Positions 10,080-22,300 of a stretch of 64,000 nt of DNA are shown piece after piece. Position 1 is the first letter of the stretch, and each line of letters opens with the position of its first letter. A program made the position numbers and the translations under genes. Origin of the DNA: a virus. The notes beneath the pieces are model-generated. The model was not told the DNA's origin, did not search any database, and was given only the letters and a program-made list of their open reading frames with translations. The stretch lies in IMG/VR virus record IMGVR_UViG_3300020185_000013, positions 32,001 to 96,000 of that record; one strand, given 5' to 3'.

Positions 10080-10670
10080 ATGGCAAACATTACAGAAATT
10101 CTAGGGACTGATTCTCTTTCTTCATCAAGACTGACGATCAACTCAAACTTTACTGCCCTGAATGACGAAATCGCAGACATCACTTCATTAGTAGATCCAG
10201 TAACTTCAACAATTACTGGAATTGATAGTGTTTCTGCGGAATCAATTAACTTATCGTATCTACAAGGAGGTTCTTCGCTTCCTATCCTTTCGATCGATTC
10301 GACTGGTGCAGTATTTAGCGTTGCAACCGATTTTGCGGAAGACGTTGATGTACAAAAGAAACTTCAAAAATCTGGTGTAGTTGGTGCTGGTGGTTCTGGA
10401 AACGGAAGTACTTCAGCTGCTCCAACTTCAATTGATGCTTCTACATATTTTAGTGGAGTTGCATTAACTCTACCTGTAGGCTCAGAAGGTCAAGAAGTAA
10501 CAATTATCAGTACAGCTGGTTCAGCAATCACAGTTACAGCAGGTACTGGAGTATCTCTTGGTGCTACTTCAATCTCACTTGATGGTCTAAATTCATCAGT
10601 TACCGTAAGATTCTTTAGTAGCAACAATACTTGGTACGTTATTGGTTCACACGCAGCAACAATCGCATAA
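10080..10670 (+). CDS. Virion structural / short fibre-like protein
   Basis: N-terminal DSLSSSRLTINSNF attachment-type motif; S/T/G-rich beta structure. Confidence 0.5.
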   Translation: MANITEILGTDSLSSSRLTINSNFTALNDEIADITSLVDPVTSTITGIDSVSAESINLSYLQGGSSLPILSIDSTGAVFSVATDFAEDVDVQKKLQKSGVVGAGGSGNGSTSAAPTSIDASTYFSGVALTLPVGSEGQEVTIISTAGSAITVTAGTGVSLGATSISLDGLNSSVTVRFFSSNNTWYVIGSHAATIA

Positions 10671-10689
10671 ATTAAAAAGATAAAAGTAA

Positions 10690-12633
10690 ATGGCAACTCC
10701 ATTAGTTAGAATACCACAGGTTCAAGGAGGTACTATGTATGCTTTTGCTTCAGCGGCAAGAGATATCACACGTGCTTTCAACAACGCCGATATTAAATTT
10801 GAATTCAGTAGATATGCACTATTGGATCTGCCTGATTTTACGACCCCTGTCAATAATTCCAACACAATTGATTATACTCAATTGAAAGATTCTGCAGGTC
10901 AAGCATACTCACCTTCTCAAAATGGAGCTGGAGTAGACTTTGCAAAAACTTTCCAAAATTACGTTCTAAACGCAGAAGAGTTAATCCTACAGGACGATGA
11001 TTTTGACCCAATAATCTTTAGAACAGACGCAGAAAAACTATTCTTTAAATGGTTATCTACTACTAATTCGATTAGATTTAAAACGGCAGATTCAACTGAA
11101 AGTAATAGTGGTAATTATACTGAGCAGCCTAATTCTTCACAAGCAGGAACAGTATATGATCGAGTTGTTAAATATTTAGGTACAATTGACGCGGAAAACG
11201 ATATTGCATACAAAGGTAATGCGTATCATGAGGTTTATATTAATGTTCCTTCTTCAGCAGGTACTACACCAACTGTATTATTTGAGCCATCGAACTATAA
11301 TACTACGGCTAATAGATTATATGCTGGATCTTGGATTGAAGGTAGAGACGGACAAACACATCCGGACCCAAATCTAGATTTAGAACCAATTGTTGACGAA
11401 TACGATCAAGCAACTGGAGCCTATTACGACATTAATACTAACGGGACTAATAGTGTTGGTATTGATTGGAATGAGCAATCTTACTACGGAGTTACTAATG
11501 ATTCTGAAGTAAAAAACCTAAACGATTACGCAAAGAAGGGTACAGATTTTAGATTTAATGCAGTCCTAGTATACTATGACATGTATAGCGCTTCTGTTCC
11601 TTCAAATAGATCAACTAACCTATATGGTATTCTTATTCTAGATGATGTTAAGAGTACTGGAGGTTCAGGCTACAAGATTAATGAACAAATTAAGTATAAG
11701 CCAAACGAGGTTACTGGTTTAAATGGTAATGCTTTCTCATTAAAATTAAACTTGAAGTTTAATACTTCTCTTGATAATGTTGGCGTTGAGACTAATATCA
11801 ACGACTTTACAACATTCTCAATGGATCTATTTATGGATACGACGACACTGCTAGAGAATGCAGCTGAAATCTTAATCCAAGCAAATAATAGATATGGTGG
11901 AATTACTAATCGTCTTGATGAACTAGAAAGATTAGTACTTGCAAGCGAAACATCAGAAGATATAGAGGCAAGATTAACCAGTTTAGAAACAGACTTCCAG
12001 AACACCTCAGTTCAATTACAGGATGCTGATTCTCTGTTGAAGTTAATCACAAAAGCACATGATAAACTTAACTCCCTGATTGACGGAACAATTCCAGTTG
12101 CATTACAATATAACACTGATGTTCTATTTGATGGAGCAGGTACTCAAGTTGATAAATCAGTTGAGAATAAGATTAAAGTAAACAACGTAACTAAGGGCTA
12201 TGAAAACCTAAATCTATTTACATGGGATTTAGCGTCTGAACAGGTTGGAACTTCAATTACATCTGCTAATCCATTCGATATTCAAGTCGGAGGTAGTGGA
12301 CTAAGCCAATATGGAATTTGGTGTAAACTTAAGCAGTTCACTAATAGAATTAGCTTTATCGATAAATTCCTTACCGGTACTGCGAATGATGATTTGAATA
12401 TATACATAGACGACACAACAACGTCTTGGAAAGAAGGACAAATTGTAAAGATCACGTTTGAAACTATCAATATGGATGGTAACAATATTAAGATCTACAC
12501 ACATGCTAGAGATGGTTTCAGCCAATTAATCGCTGATATTGCTCCAGCAAGTCTAATTACCAATAAACCATACATCGAGGTAATTTGTATCAACCCAGCA
12601 ACTTATCAATTTGAAGTAGACATTTTAAGATAA
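10690..12633 (+). CDS. Virion structural protein (baseplate/tail module)
   Basis: 647 aa ORF within the structural operon, central coiled coil. Confidence 0.5.
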   Translation: MATPLVRIPQVQGGTMYAFASAARDITRAFNNADIKFEFSRYALLDLPDFTTPVNNSNTIDYTQLKDSAGQAYSPSQNGAGVDFAKTFQNYVLNAEELILQDDDFDPIIFRTDAEKLFFKWLSTTNSIRFKTADSTESNSGNYTEQPNSSQAGTVYDRVVKYLGTIDAENDIAYKGNAYHEVYINVPSSAGTTPTVLFEPSNYNTTANRLYAGSWIEGRDGQTHPDPNLDLEPIVDEYDQATGAYYDINTNGTNSVGIDWNEQSYYGVTNDSEVKNLNDYAKKGTDFRFNAVLVYYDMYSASVPSNRSTNLYGILILDDVKSTGGSGYKINEQIKYKPNEVTGLNGNAFSLKLNLKFNTSLDNVGVETNINDFTTFSMDLFMDTTTLLENAAEILIQANNRYGGITNRLDELERLVLASETSEDIEARLTSLETDFQNTSVQLQDADSLLKLITKAHDKLNSLIDGTIPVALQYNTDVLFDGAGTQVDKSVENKIKVNNVTKGYENLNLFTWDLASEQVGTSITSANPFDIQVGGSGLSQYGIWCKLKQFTNRISFIDKFLTGTANDDLNIYIDDTTTSWKEGQIVKITFETINMDGNNIKIYTHARDGFSQLIADIAPASLITNKPYIEVICINPATYQFEVDILR

Positions 12634-12634
12634 T

Positions 12635-15600
12635 ATGAACACAAACAACTCAATATCATCAGTTATCAAGCAATTGCTTGAAATTAACGTAAATTCTCTT
12701 AAGACATTTGAGAGAATAAATGAGGCGGTTACAACGGATAAGCAAACTGTGCCGCTTGAGTTGCTTACCGAAGACGGAACAACTAAAACAGTTTATGTTC
12801 CTGCTTTTGGTTATATGAGAAGAGAACTCGAAAGATTAGATGCTAATATTAGATCTCTTACTGACCTTACCGATGGTACTTCAAAATTAAAATTAGCTGA
12901 CGGAACATATCAAAGAATTTATACTGGTACTCTTAAAAGTCCAGCAAATGATATTACTGCATTAAACAGACCAACTAAGTTTGAAACAAAGCAGAACTAT
13001 TTCTTTGAAGATTTCCTAACACCACTATTAACAGTAAACTTTGATGTTACTAATCAAATTCAATCTGATACTGAAAGAGTATTAGTGAAGAGACTGATTA
13101 TTGATACATCTTTTGATTTTGCTGCTGAATACTTTAACACTGAATTAAGAGGTAAAGATGGATTAGCATATGATACTGTAATTGCAGATCTTGCAGCTAA
13201 TAACATTCCATTCTATGATGATGAGGAGGTAAGAGACCTTCCATATAAAAGCACACAATATTACGGTACGTTTGATGTAACTTCAATTGATAACGTACAA
13301 AGAACAGTTCTAGTAAATGGTACTTCAACTACACAAAATATTAAACTATATACTCTAGATCAGTTAAACTATACTGATAGCGAAAAAGGTTTTTCTAACA
13401 CAGAAACTTTAAGAGCTGGAGATGAGTTAATGATTAATAGTGGTAAAAGAAGTACTAAATATAGAGTAAAAAATATCGATACTTCTACCAGACAAGTTGA
13501 ATTAGAACTTGTACAAGGTTATGAAGCTATCAAGATTGGAGCAGATCAACTTAGAATTTATAAGGCAAGTGAGATTGGAACTAGCGTTGAAATTAACGTT
13601 GGATTCGATGAGAGTATTGCTGTCTTTGTAAAGGCTATCGATCCTGATTCAAATATACTTGCAGAAAACTGGTCACCTGGTGCTGCAATCTATTCAAATG
13701 ATTTAACAATCACTTTAGAAAACGGAACAGTTCAATCACTTGGAGATTACTACAAAGAAGAGGTTGCTGACTTTGGTCAATTTATCAAAGCACTAAAAGA
13801 AGATGCAATTCCACCAGCAACTCTTGGTAAAACTCCAGATTCTCCTAATCTAGAACCAGGAAACTTTACCGTTATTCAAATTAATAAGCACTTAACGGAT
13901 AACAATGCAGCAAATAAGATTAAGAAACTTACTGCTGATAAGATTAATACCGAAGAGAAACTTAAGCAACTTGACGATACAATTGCTAAAAAGACTGCAT
14001 CTATATCTATAAATAAGTATGCATCAGCAATTGCAAGGGATCGCGATATAAACGAATTAGCATCTCTGATTAACGAGAGAGATTCAACAACTAAACTCTA
14101 TAGTTCATTAGTAAATGAAATCAATGCAATTTCTAGTGGAACTGGAGTTGCTAATATTGAACCTAAGTTTAGAGTAAGAGGATTCTGGACTATTCCAGAT
14201 GCTAAAATTGTAGCTGAAACTATTCCACAACAAGTTGTTCAATTCATCGTTCAATACAGATATGTTTCAACCAGTGGTAAGACTTCAGAAATTGCACAAA
14301 TTCCAGTAAATGAAAATGGAACGCAAAAGACTGGAGTATTCTCAAACTGGAATGAAGTTAAAACTGGTGTTCGTCAAAGATTAAAAGATGAAACTACTGG
14401 TAAATTCTACTGGGCAGATACTGCAATTGAAGATGGACAAGAGGTTAACTTTAACCAGTTAGATATTCCAATTCAAAAAGGAGAGGTTGTTGAAGTTAGA
14501 ATCAAATCAATTTCTGAAGCAGGTTATCCAGCAAATCCAGTAATGAGTGATTGGAGCGAAACTGTTAGAATTGAATTTCCAGAAGGACAGCTCGATACTG
14601 TTAACATTTCAACATTGGTTGAGAAGAATCAAACTGAATCTGCAATCGTTAGAATTAATGACCAACTAACTTCAAAAGGAGTTTATCGTCATATCAATGA
14701 TGCGTTTACAGCGAATGAAAAGTATTTTGCACATAATTCTACAACAATTGCTTCTGGTTTCCTTTCACCTGAACAAACTCCAATTTCATTATTTGATAAG
14801 TTAACTGAGCTTGAAAATGAAATCACAGCTCTACAAGAAACTATTTCAGGAATTAAAGGAGAACTTACTGTTAAGCTGGTAACTGAAGAGGGTACAGTAA
14901 TTAATATTAATAAGAATACTAACAATAAAGTATTTGCTGGATATTACACTGATGAAGTTGCAGATCTTAACGTTAAGAAAGGACATATTGTTACAAAAAC
15001 ATTTAAACTTCTTCTTGAAAATACAAATGCTACTCAACTTGAATTAATTGCTAGAATTATTGGAGACCGTGGTCTTCCAACCTATAGATCTTCAGCAGCT
15101 ACTTCAAATGCAGTAACTTATGAATTTGGTATTGACCCAGATTCAGGTAGCGGAATTCCAGAAAAAGTAATTAACGATACTTTCTATACTACTGAAGGTA
15201 AATATGACGTTGTACCAGTTCAATATCAAAACGTAAGTGGCGATGATTTATTAGAGACCTTTGGTACAAACCCAGTTGAGTACAATCAATTAGCACCATA
15301 TCAATCATCTCAAAGAAGAGGTCAATTTATCTACTCTAGATTTATGGACATTTCTGCTGAAAATGGACTATACTTTGATACTCCTGCAGTATCTCCTGCA
15401 ACATCAACACTTGCAGATTACGAATACTTAATGTCATACGACCCAACTACACTACCTGCAATTTCAACTGCAGGATCTGATTTTATTTGGAATGGTACAT
15501 TTGGAACTTATGACCAGGCTAACGATGAATATGACGTTTCTGGAGCATTTGGTACATCAACTCCAAATGTTACAAACCTTAATACAATTACTTCAAGTGG

Positions 15601-16273
15601 ATATGATGGCGGAATTTATCTGCATAAAAACCACCCAGATCTAGAAAATATTTATGCTTCATATCAAGCAAGTGCTGCGGTAAGTACTGCAATGACTGCT
15701 GGAGAGGTTGAATTAATACTTGAAAATCAAATTAAATCTGGAGTAATTGGTACGATGGCAGTACCTGCAACTTTCCAAGCTGAAGATGCTAACGGTAAAA
15801 AGCAACTTGGATATAAGCATACTCATGGTCTAATTGGTTTAATTAATGGAACATCATATGATCGTACTCTTAAAATGTCGTTTGATGTGAATGACCAATA
15901 TCTATTAGGCGGTAAATCATGTGGTTCTTACCTATTCATTTCGCCAATTAATTCTGAGTCATTACTTGTTGATGGTGATAATAAATTTGGTCGCAAATAT
16001 GTTACAACTGGAGAAAGTAACGCTGTTTCAATCGATGTTGTATATCAATATAGAATGACTGATTATGCAGGTAACGATCCAGCTACTGATCTTGGTAGAA
16101 TTGGTGGTATTATGAGCACTAATCTTTCAAACTTAACTTACGCTAAGAGAATCGGTATCGACGTATTTGACGCCGATGGAGAACAATTCTCATTCGATGT
16201 TGAAGTATTTGCGAAGTATAAGCCAAGTGGTACTAATAAGAACTCGATCAAAGCAGCTCAGCTATCGATTTAA
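12635..16273 (+). CDS. Large virion structural protein with coiled coils and an FN3-like segment
   Basis: 1212 aa; VEVRIKSISEAG..SDWSE is FN3-like. Confidence 0.5.
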   Translation: MNTNNSISSVIKQLLEINVNSLKTFERINEAVTTDKQTVPLELLTEDGTTKTVYVPAFGYMRRELERLDANIRSLTDLTDGTSKLKLADGTYQRIYTGTLKSPANDITALNRPTKFETKQNYFFEDFLTPLLTVNFDVTNQIQSDTERVLVKRLIIDTSFDFAAEYFNTELRGKDGLAYDTVIADLAANNIPFYDDEEVRDLPYKSTQYYGTFDVTSIDNVQRTVLVNGTSTTQNIKLYTLDQLNYTDSEKGFSNTETLRAGDELMINSGKRSTKYRVKNIDTSTRQVELELVQGYEAIKIGADQLRIYKASEIGTSVEINVGFDESIAVFVKAIDPDSNILAENWSPGAAIYSNDLTITLENGTVQSLGDYYKEEVADFGQFIKALKEDAIPPATLGKTPDSPNLEPGNFTVIQINKHLTDNNAANKIKKLTADKINTEEKLKQLDDTIAKKTASISINKYASAIARDRDINELASLINERDSTTKLYSSLVNEINAISSGTGVANIEPKFRVRGFWTIPDAKIVAETIPQQVVQFIVQYRYVSTSGKTSEIAQIPVNENGTQKTGVFSNWNEVKTGVRQRLKDETTGKFYWADTAIEDGQEVNFNQLDIPIQKGEVVEVRIKSISEAGYPANPVMSDWSETVRIEFPEGQLDTVNISTLVEKNQTESAIVRINDQLTSKGVYRHINDAFTANEKYFAHNSTTIASGFLSPEQTPISLFDKLTELENEITALQETISGIKGELTVKLVTEEGTVININKNTNNKVFAGYYTDEVADLNVKKGHIVTKTFKLLLENTNATQLELIARIIGDRGLPTYRSSAATSNAVTYEFGIDPDSGSGIPEKVINDTFYTTEGKYDVVPVQYQNVSGDDLLETFGTNPVEYNQLAPYQSSQRRGQFIYSRFMDISAENGLYFDTPAVSPATSTLADYEYLMSYDPTTLPAISTAGSDFIWNGTFGTYDQANDEYDVSGAFGTSTPNVTNLNTITSSGYDGGIYLHKNHPDLENIYASYQASAAVSTAMTAGEVELILENQIKSGVIGTMAVPATFQAEDANGKKQLGYKHTHGLIGLINGTSYDRTLKMSFDVNDQYLLGGKSCGSYLFISPINSESLLVDGDNKFGRKYVTTGESNAVSIDVVYQYRMTDYAGNDPATDLGRIGGIMSTNLSNLTYAKRIGIDVFDADGEQFSFDVEVFAKYKPSGTNKNSIKAAQLSI

Positions 16274-16287
16274 TGTCAGCTAAAGTT

Positions 16288-16295
16288 GATATATA
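16288..16295 (+). promoter_or_regulatory. Putative late promoter GATATATA
   Basis: Recurrent motif, overlapping the TATAGAG/CTCTATA inverted repeat. Confidence 0.6.
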
Positions 16296-16331
16296 GAGTA
16301 TAAGATTATCTCTATAAAAAGACTAGATTGA

Positions 16332-19300
16332 ATGGCATTCAGTACAAGAATATATTTTAAAGATATATTGAGTGATCCGAGCCTATTATGCTCAGGCCCT
16401 CATGACACCCCGGTTAACCTACAATCAGATGGTTCTGGTAAATTCATTGTGTTCTATAATGAACAGAATGCTTTATTAGTTGGACTAAATGATAGTGCAA
16501 GTATAATTGATTTAGGTCTTAATAACATTGAGATTTATCGCACTCAAATTCTTGCGGATCAAAATGATCCTACTGGATATGCTGAAGCAGGGTACTATGC
16601 TTCTACTGAATTTGATGGAACAAATACTGTAAGTACTACAGTTTATCCATATAATAATGGATCTTGGGGTCAACCCACATTATGTCAAGCATCTTCAGGA
16701 ACTTCAGGAACTAGTGGAACTTCAGGAACTAGCGGAACTTCGGGAACTAGCGGAACTTCGGGAACTAGTTCAAACGTTAAATCATTTCAGATTTACTACA
16801 CATCATCGACCGGATCAAATGGAGATTATTGTCAAGGTACTAGTATTAAAAATCTTTATTATGATGGTGCTTCAACTTTTAGTACAATTGAGCAAATTAT
16901 ATACGCTCACGTTACTGGAGCTATTACTTTAAAGATTTATACAGGCCCTGGGAATCCACCAAGTGCTTCACAAATAACTGATTTAAATGATATTAATCAG
17001 ACAGGTCCACTAGCTATTCTGGACCTTACACCTGGTGAATATGGAGACGTTATTGATTATTTCTATATTAATATAGATGGAACACAAAATGGTTGGCAGC
17101 ATGGTTCTGGTGCAAACATAGATTATACAAGTACTATACTAGTTCCAACTTCTGACCCTGGATCTACAAAACAAAGCGCTTTAGCGGCAGGTTGGATTCC
17201 ATTCTATTGTCCAAATTCTGGAGCTAGTTCAATTATACTGAATTATGGATCAGATTCAACGGCATTCTGTGGAACTCCAACTAATTCAACTTATTACTAT
17301 TACACTGGACCTGGAGGTCCAACGTATAACACAGTCGATGATTTAGTATCGAACGGTATTAGAATATGGAATAATGCAAATTCAGCAGTAAGTGGATTAG
17401 ATCCTAACTATACGACTGATTTAGCAGCTACTGGTGTATATTCACACTTAAGTAGTTATGGATATGGGTTTGATAATAATACTGGAACTTGGTTCCAATC
17501 AAAGATAACATGTGCGCTAGTTGGAGACCCAGAACCAAGGGCAATTGATATTACAGTTGCACAATGTACTGAATATGGAGAATTTGTAGGATTCTGTCAT
17601 TATCCAAAGTCTATAGTTCAAGTCTTTTATATGTCAACAGTTGACTTAACGCTTCTTGAAATCGTTCAGTCAAACATTTACCTATATACTTCAGCGGATG
17701 CGGCTGAAAATACAGATTATAATGAGTTAATAAGCTATCAAGCATTTGGAGATGCTCAAAATAGTATTCCATCTACCCAATACTTTATTTGGACAGGATC
17801 TTTTTATTTAGGTAAGAATCCAACTAATGGTACTGAGAGAAGTGACGATCCAACCGCTAATATTACTCAAGGACATCAATGTCAAACAGTTTCAAGAACT
17901 ACACCATTTAGTACAGAAGTTCTAAACACTGGAGGGTATAAAAAGTTCTATGCATTCTATCAATGTGGAAGTGCAACAATTGGACAAAGTGCAAATTCTT
18001 TCCCGGTTTATGTTATTGATGCAGACGTAACTTTAAATGAAGAGAATTATATTACTGATTTTGTTGGTTTCTTAAATCAAAATAATAAAAAGACTTTTGC
18101 AGTTAATAGTTGTAAATGTGTTGAGTATATTCATACAATTTATGCTAATACTGAAAATGAGGCAAAAGTACTTCTAGAAAATTATTATGACAGAGTAGTT
18201 TCTGAGGATCCTGCAAATCTTGGTATATTTAGTGAAAGCGAAGTGTTAGTATATGACGATTGTACTGATTGTTCATCGAATACTGACCCTTTATCTTATA
18301 AATTTCCTTTTGTTGAAGAGGCTGTTCCACCAACACCTGGACCAAACTTAGATACTGAGAAAAACTATCAACTTGATAATGTTTCAAAACCATTACTTAG
18401 AACTAATCCAAAACTTAGCACAAATGTTAAGATGGTGGTTGATTCAGAGGGTAGAATATACTTAGATTCGATTAATGCAAATCAAGGCTTATCGAATACT
18501 AGCTACAAAAAGTACGAGTTAAGTTCTGATTCTAGATATGCATATGACCTATCAAGATACTATAACGAAAACAATACACCTTTAGATTCTGCGTTTGATA
18601 CGAAAAGAGATTACTCTGATTTTTCAGTGCTTGATGACTATTCAAAACAGTTCGAGGAAGATTATCAATACGGTACTAAGCTGAACGCTTCTAAGCTATA
18701 CTCAGAAGACTTTAGGATGATGGCGCCAATTTGGTTGGATGTTAATATGCCTAAAAAGTTCGTGATCTACAGGGTTGAGGATCCAACACCAGAATTTGAC
18801 TATACTGAGGGTGCTACTGATAAGCTAACTAGAGTTACTAGAATGATTAGAAATTCTAGAATAGTTAAAGTGTTTGATTTAAGTAGTAGCTCTTCGATTG
18901 GTAAATACTTAAGAAATCACGTTCAAGATGAATTCTTCCCAGACTCTCCGCTTACGGTTACAATGGAGAAAAATCAAAAATCAAATTTCAATGGAATTGA
19001 TTTGGTTAAGGGTGGATTCGTTGAGAAAGGCGAATATATTTATGATGATTTTGTCAAGCAAGACACTACCTTAATAGATGCAAACAATTTTATAACTGAT
19101 GGTTTTAGAAGAAATAAAGTTGCATGTGCTAATCTAATTAATTTAGAGTTCATGTTTAATGACACAACCGCAACTGACTATTCAGTTAACAGATATTTTG
19201 GTTTATATGTTGACGACTTAGATTCAGGTATTGGTGAAATATCGAACATTAAAAATGGTCTGGTTAGATTTAAGAATATTGAATCATATTTACAAGGTAA

Positions 19301-22300
19301 CGATCCAACATATGCTATTCCAGAATACAGCTTATTACAAAGTGCTGGAGTACTTGCATATGCTAGAATTAAAGAGAACTTCTATAATTTAGATAGTTCA
19401 AATGCATATAATGCTAATCGTTATAATGTTGCAGTTAAAGCGACTGACGAAGAAATTAATTCTAAACTTGGTATTAATAGTAAGGACGTTTCAGTTCAAA
19501 TTAAACCTAACGAAACTGCAGGTGGAGACTATTTAAAAGCAACTGTAATTGATATTCCAGGAAACAATGATTTATTTAGAGTAACTGCAGTTAAGAGAGA
19601 AGCAGTACGTTTAAAAATCGTTGCAAATGTTGGTGGAGAAACTGTTAGAATTGAAGACGCTCTAGGCAATTACATTGATTTTACAATGGGTGCAACTGGA
19701 AGTATTTCTTGGGCAAACTTTGAAGCAGCATGGAATTCAGTCAATCAAACATCTCCACAGCAAACAATTGAATTCTACAATAGATATGAGTTAAGTGTAG
19801 AAGCAGATAGTACGCAAATTAACAGTATTGTTCTTAGAGAAAGGTCGGCTAATCTAGTTGACAATGGTATTTTTGTAACCACTGTAACTTCAATTATTGG
19901 AGTTAAAGAAATCTACACAAATGTTAACCAAACAATTGGTACATTTAGAGCAGATAATACTGGAAGTTTAGGAAAAAGAAAGTTTAACAAAGACTTTTTC
20001 TCGACAATTGGTGAAAAGAGTGATGTAGCGTTCGCAATCGCAGGTGCAATCAGAAACTATACGGACTTTGATGCGTATAGTGTGAATGAATATGTGTATA
20101 TTATTAGTGAAGTGAACGGCTATCAACTGATGAACTGTACGTTACTCGTAGCAGATAGTAATCAAATAGATTTTATTACTGCCGAAAATAGTGACACTAA
20201 TAATGAATTAAACTTAAGTTCTGATCTAACTTTAAATTACTCAAGTTATTTCTTTAACGGTGGACATTCTGCTGGAAAGTCAGTATATGTTGATTCAAAT
20301 GTAGTTTCTCAAATTCAAGCCGGAGATTACTTACCTACTAAATATAGTGGTAAATATAATTTAGTATTGGATGTTGTTGAAGATACAACTGAAAGGTCTG
20401 GTAATTTTAATAAGATAATTTTACAAGACAAATCATCGCTAACTGCTGGCAATTACAATGTGTTCTCTAAGAATTTAATGGCTCTTGGATTATTCTCGGC
20501 GTATGATATTCACGACATGAACTTTGATTTCTACGATACTTCAAATTCTGAACTAAAAGAATTAAAGTACGAGACTAGAGAAAATATGGACTACGAGCCA
20601 TATGAACAAGCAGTACTAGGAGTTGGTAATATTTTACCAGACAATGTAATTTCTGAAGATTTCTTACTGAACCCAATTGAGTATTTTGCTAATCTTTTAC
20701 CTGTTTTAGGTGGAGAGGACTCAAAAACTCTTAAAGTTGATAGAATCTCTTCAGAATACGATAGATTAAAAGAAAACTACCTCAAAGAATACTCAACTGA
20801 TTCAAGAGTCGTGCCTAACATTAATAAGTGGGTCCTAAAGGATATGTTAAATGTTAGAGAGCAACCATATTACTTAAATACTAATGAGGCATTTGGTAAA
20901 ACAAACTTCTCACCAGATATTACGGTTGAGGGTAGAAATAGAGATGCATTCTCACATGAATGGTTCTATTTAGATAAATGGCCAGAATACTTAACATATA
21001 ATCAATACAATGATGGTTTTAGTTATATTGATTTTGTAGAAGGATTTGATGTTACAAAAGATATTTTTAAGAATGTCGACCATGATTATTTTGATCGATT
21101 CATGGTTTCAGAAGGACATGAACTTGTGGTACCGTTTATTGACCCATTAGATCCAACTCAGAATAAAGAGACTATATTCTACACTAAAACCGAATTGACT
21201 AAAAAGTACACTCCAATTAAAGGTGGTAGTGATATTGATTTTGCAAGTACAATCTTTAAAGGTCTTAAATTTGAATTTAAGAAAAGAAAGGACGGTTCAA
21301 GTCAAAACACTGCAGAGTTTGTTAAGAATTCTGAATTTAATAACTACAGATTCTCGACACTTGTTAAGGTAAATACAAATGCTGATACTAATAACATTGA
21401 ATATGAGTTTATTAAGAACGATAAGTTCGAATATGTTATATTCTTTATTCAGTTAAATATTGAAGACTCATTTATTGGCGATTATATTAATAGAAAGTAC
21501 TTATATGAATTAGAGCATAAGGTTGTCGTTGATACGGATCAAAATGGTCAAAACTTCTACCGATATGCTGATGTTAATATTGATGGTGCAATTGAACTTT
21601 CTTCAGTTAACTGGGCAGCACAGGGTCCATATACTCTAAAGGGTGTTATTCATAATGATGGTTCTTCTCCTGCATTCTCTAATCAAATGCCATCACAAGA
21701 GGATGGTACATATGGAAGGTTAAAAATTGACTATGGATTAGGCGGAGATTTCTATATGGATGTTGTTAAGGTTATTAGTATTGACCAACTTCAAGTCTTA
21801 GGAGCTCCTTACACTGTTGATAGTTTAGGCGTTAAGCAACCAGTAAATCCATACACTATTCCATATCAAGCTCAGTTAAACGCTAAATATGTTTACGAAG
21901 GTGGTGGTGTTAATGCACACGAATTATTATTATCACAACTTTCAGCAAATAAAGTTTTTGATAAGGTAAATAACAATTCAACTGAAATTAAGTACACTAC
22001 AATTTTAGAAGACGGTACTGAACTTACTAACCAGTTCTCAGTTAGAATGGATGATGGTAATGAAATTATTAAGCATTCTAAACTGGTTACCTCGATTGAT
22101 GGAGACACTCCAAAAAGTTACAAACTTAAAAAGGAAACTATTGGATATGTTATCGAAGACGGAACTGAATATTATCCGTTCTTAATTAGACACAATGGAA
22201 GGTATACCGTTGATTTAACTCCGGTAGTTACATTTACTGATATTTATGGGTTCAACAAGGTAATTAGAGACCAGTTAACCTATGATACTGGGTTTAAAAT

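Noticed and set aside
340-16766. 18-nt and 9-nt tandem repeats as CRISPR or DGR elements
   Set aside because: They are in-frame low-complexity linkers with synonymous variation, no spacers, and no cas or reverse transcriptase gene in the window
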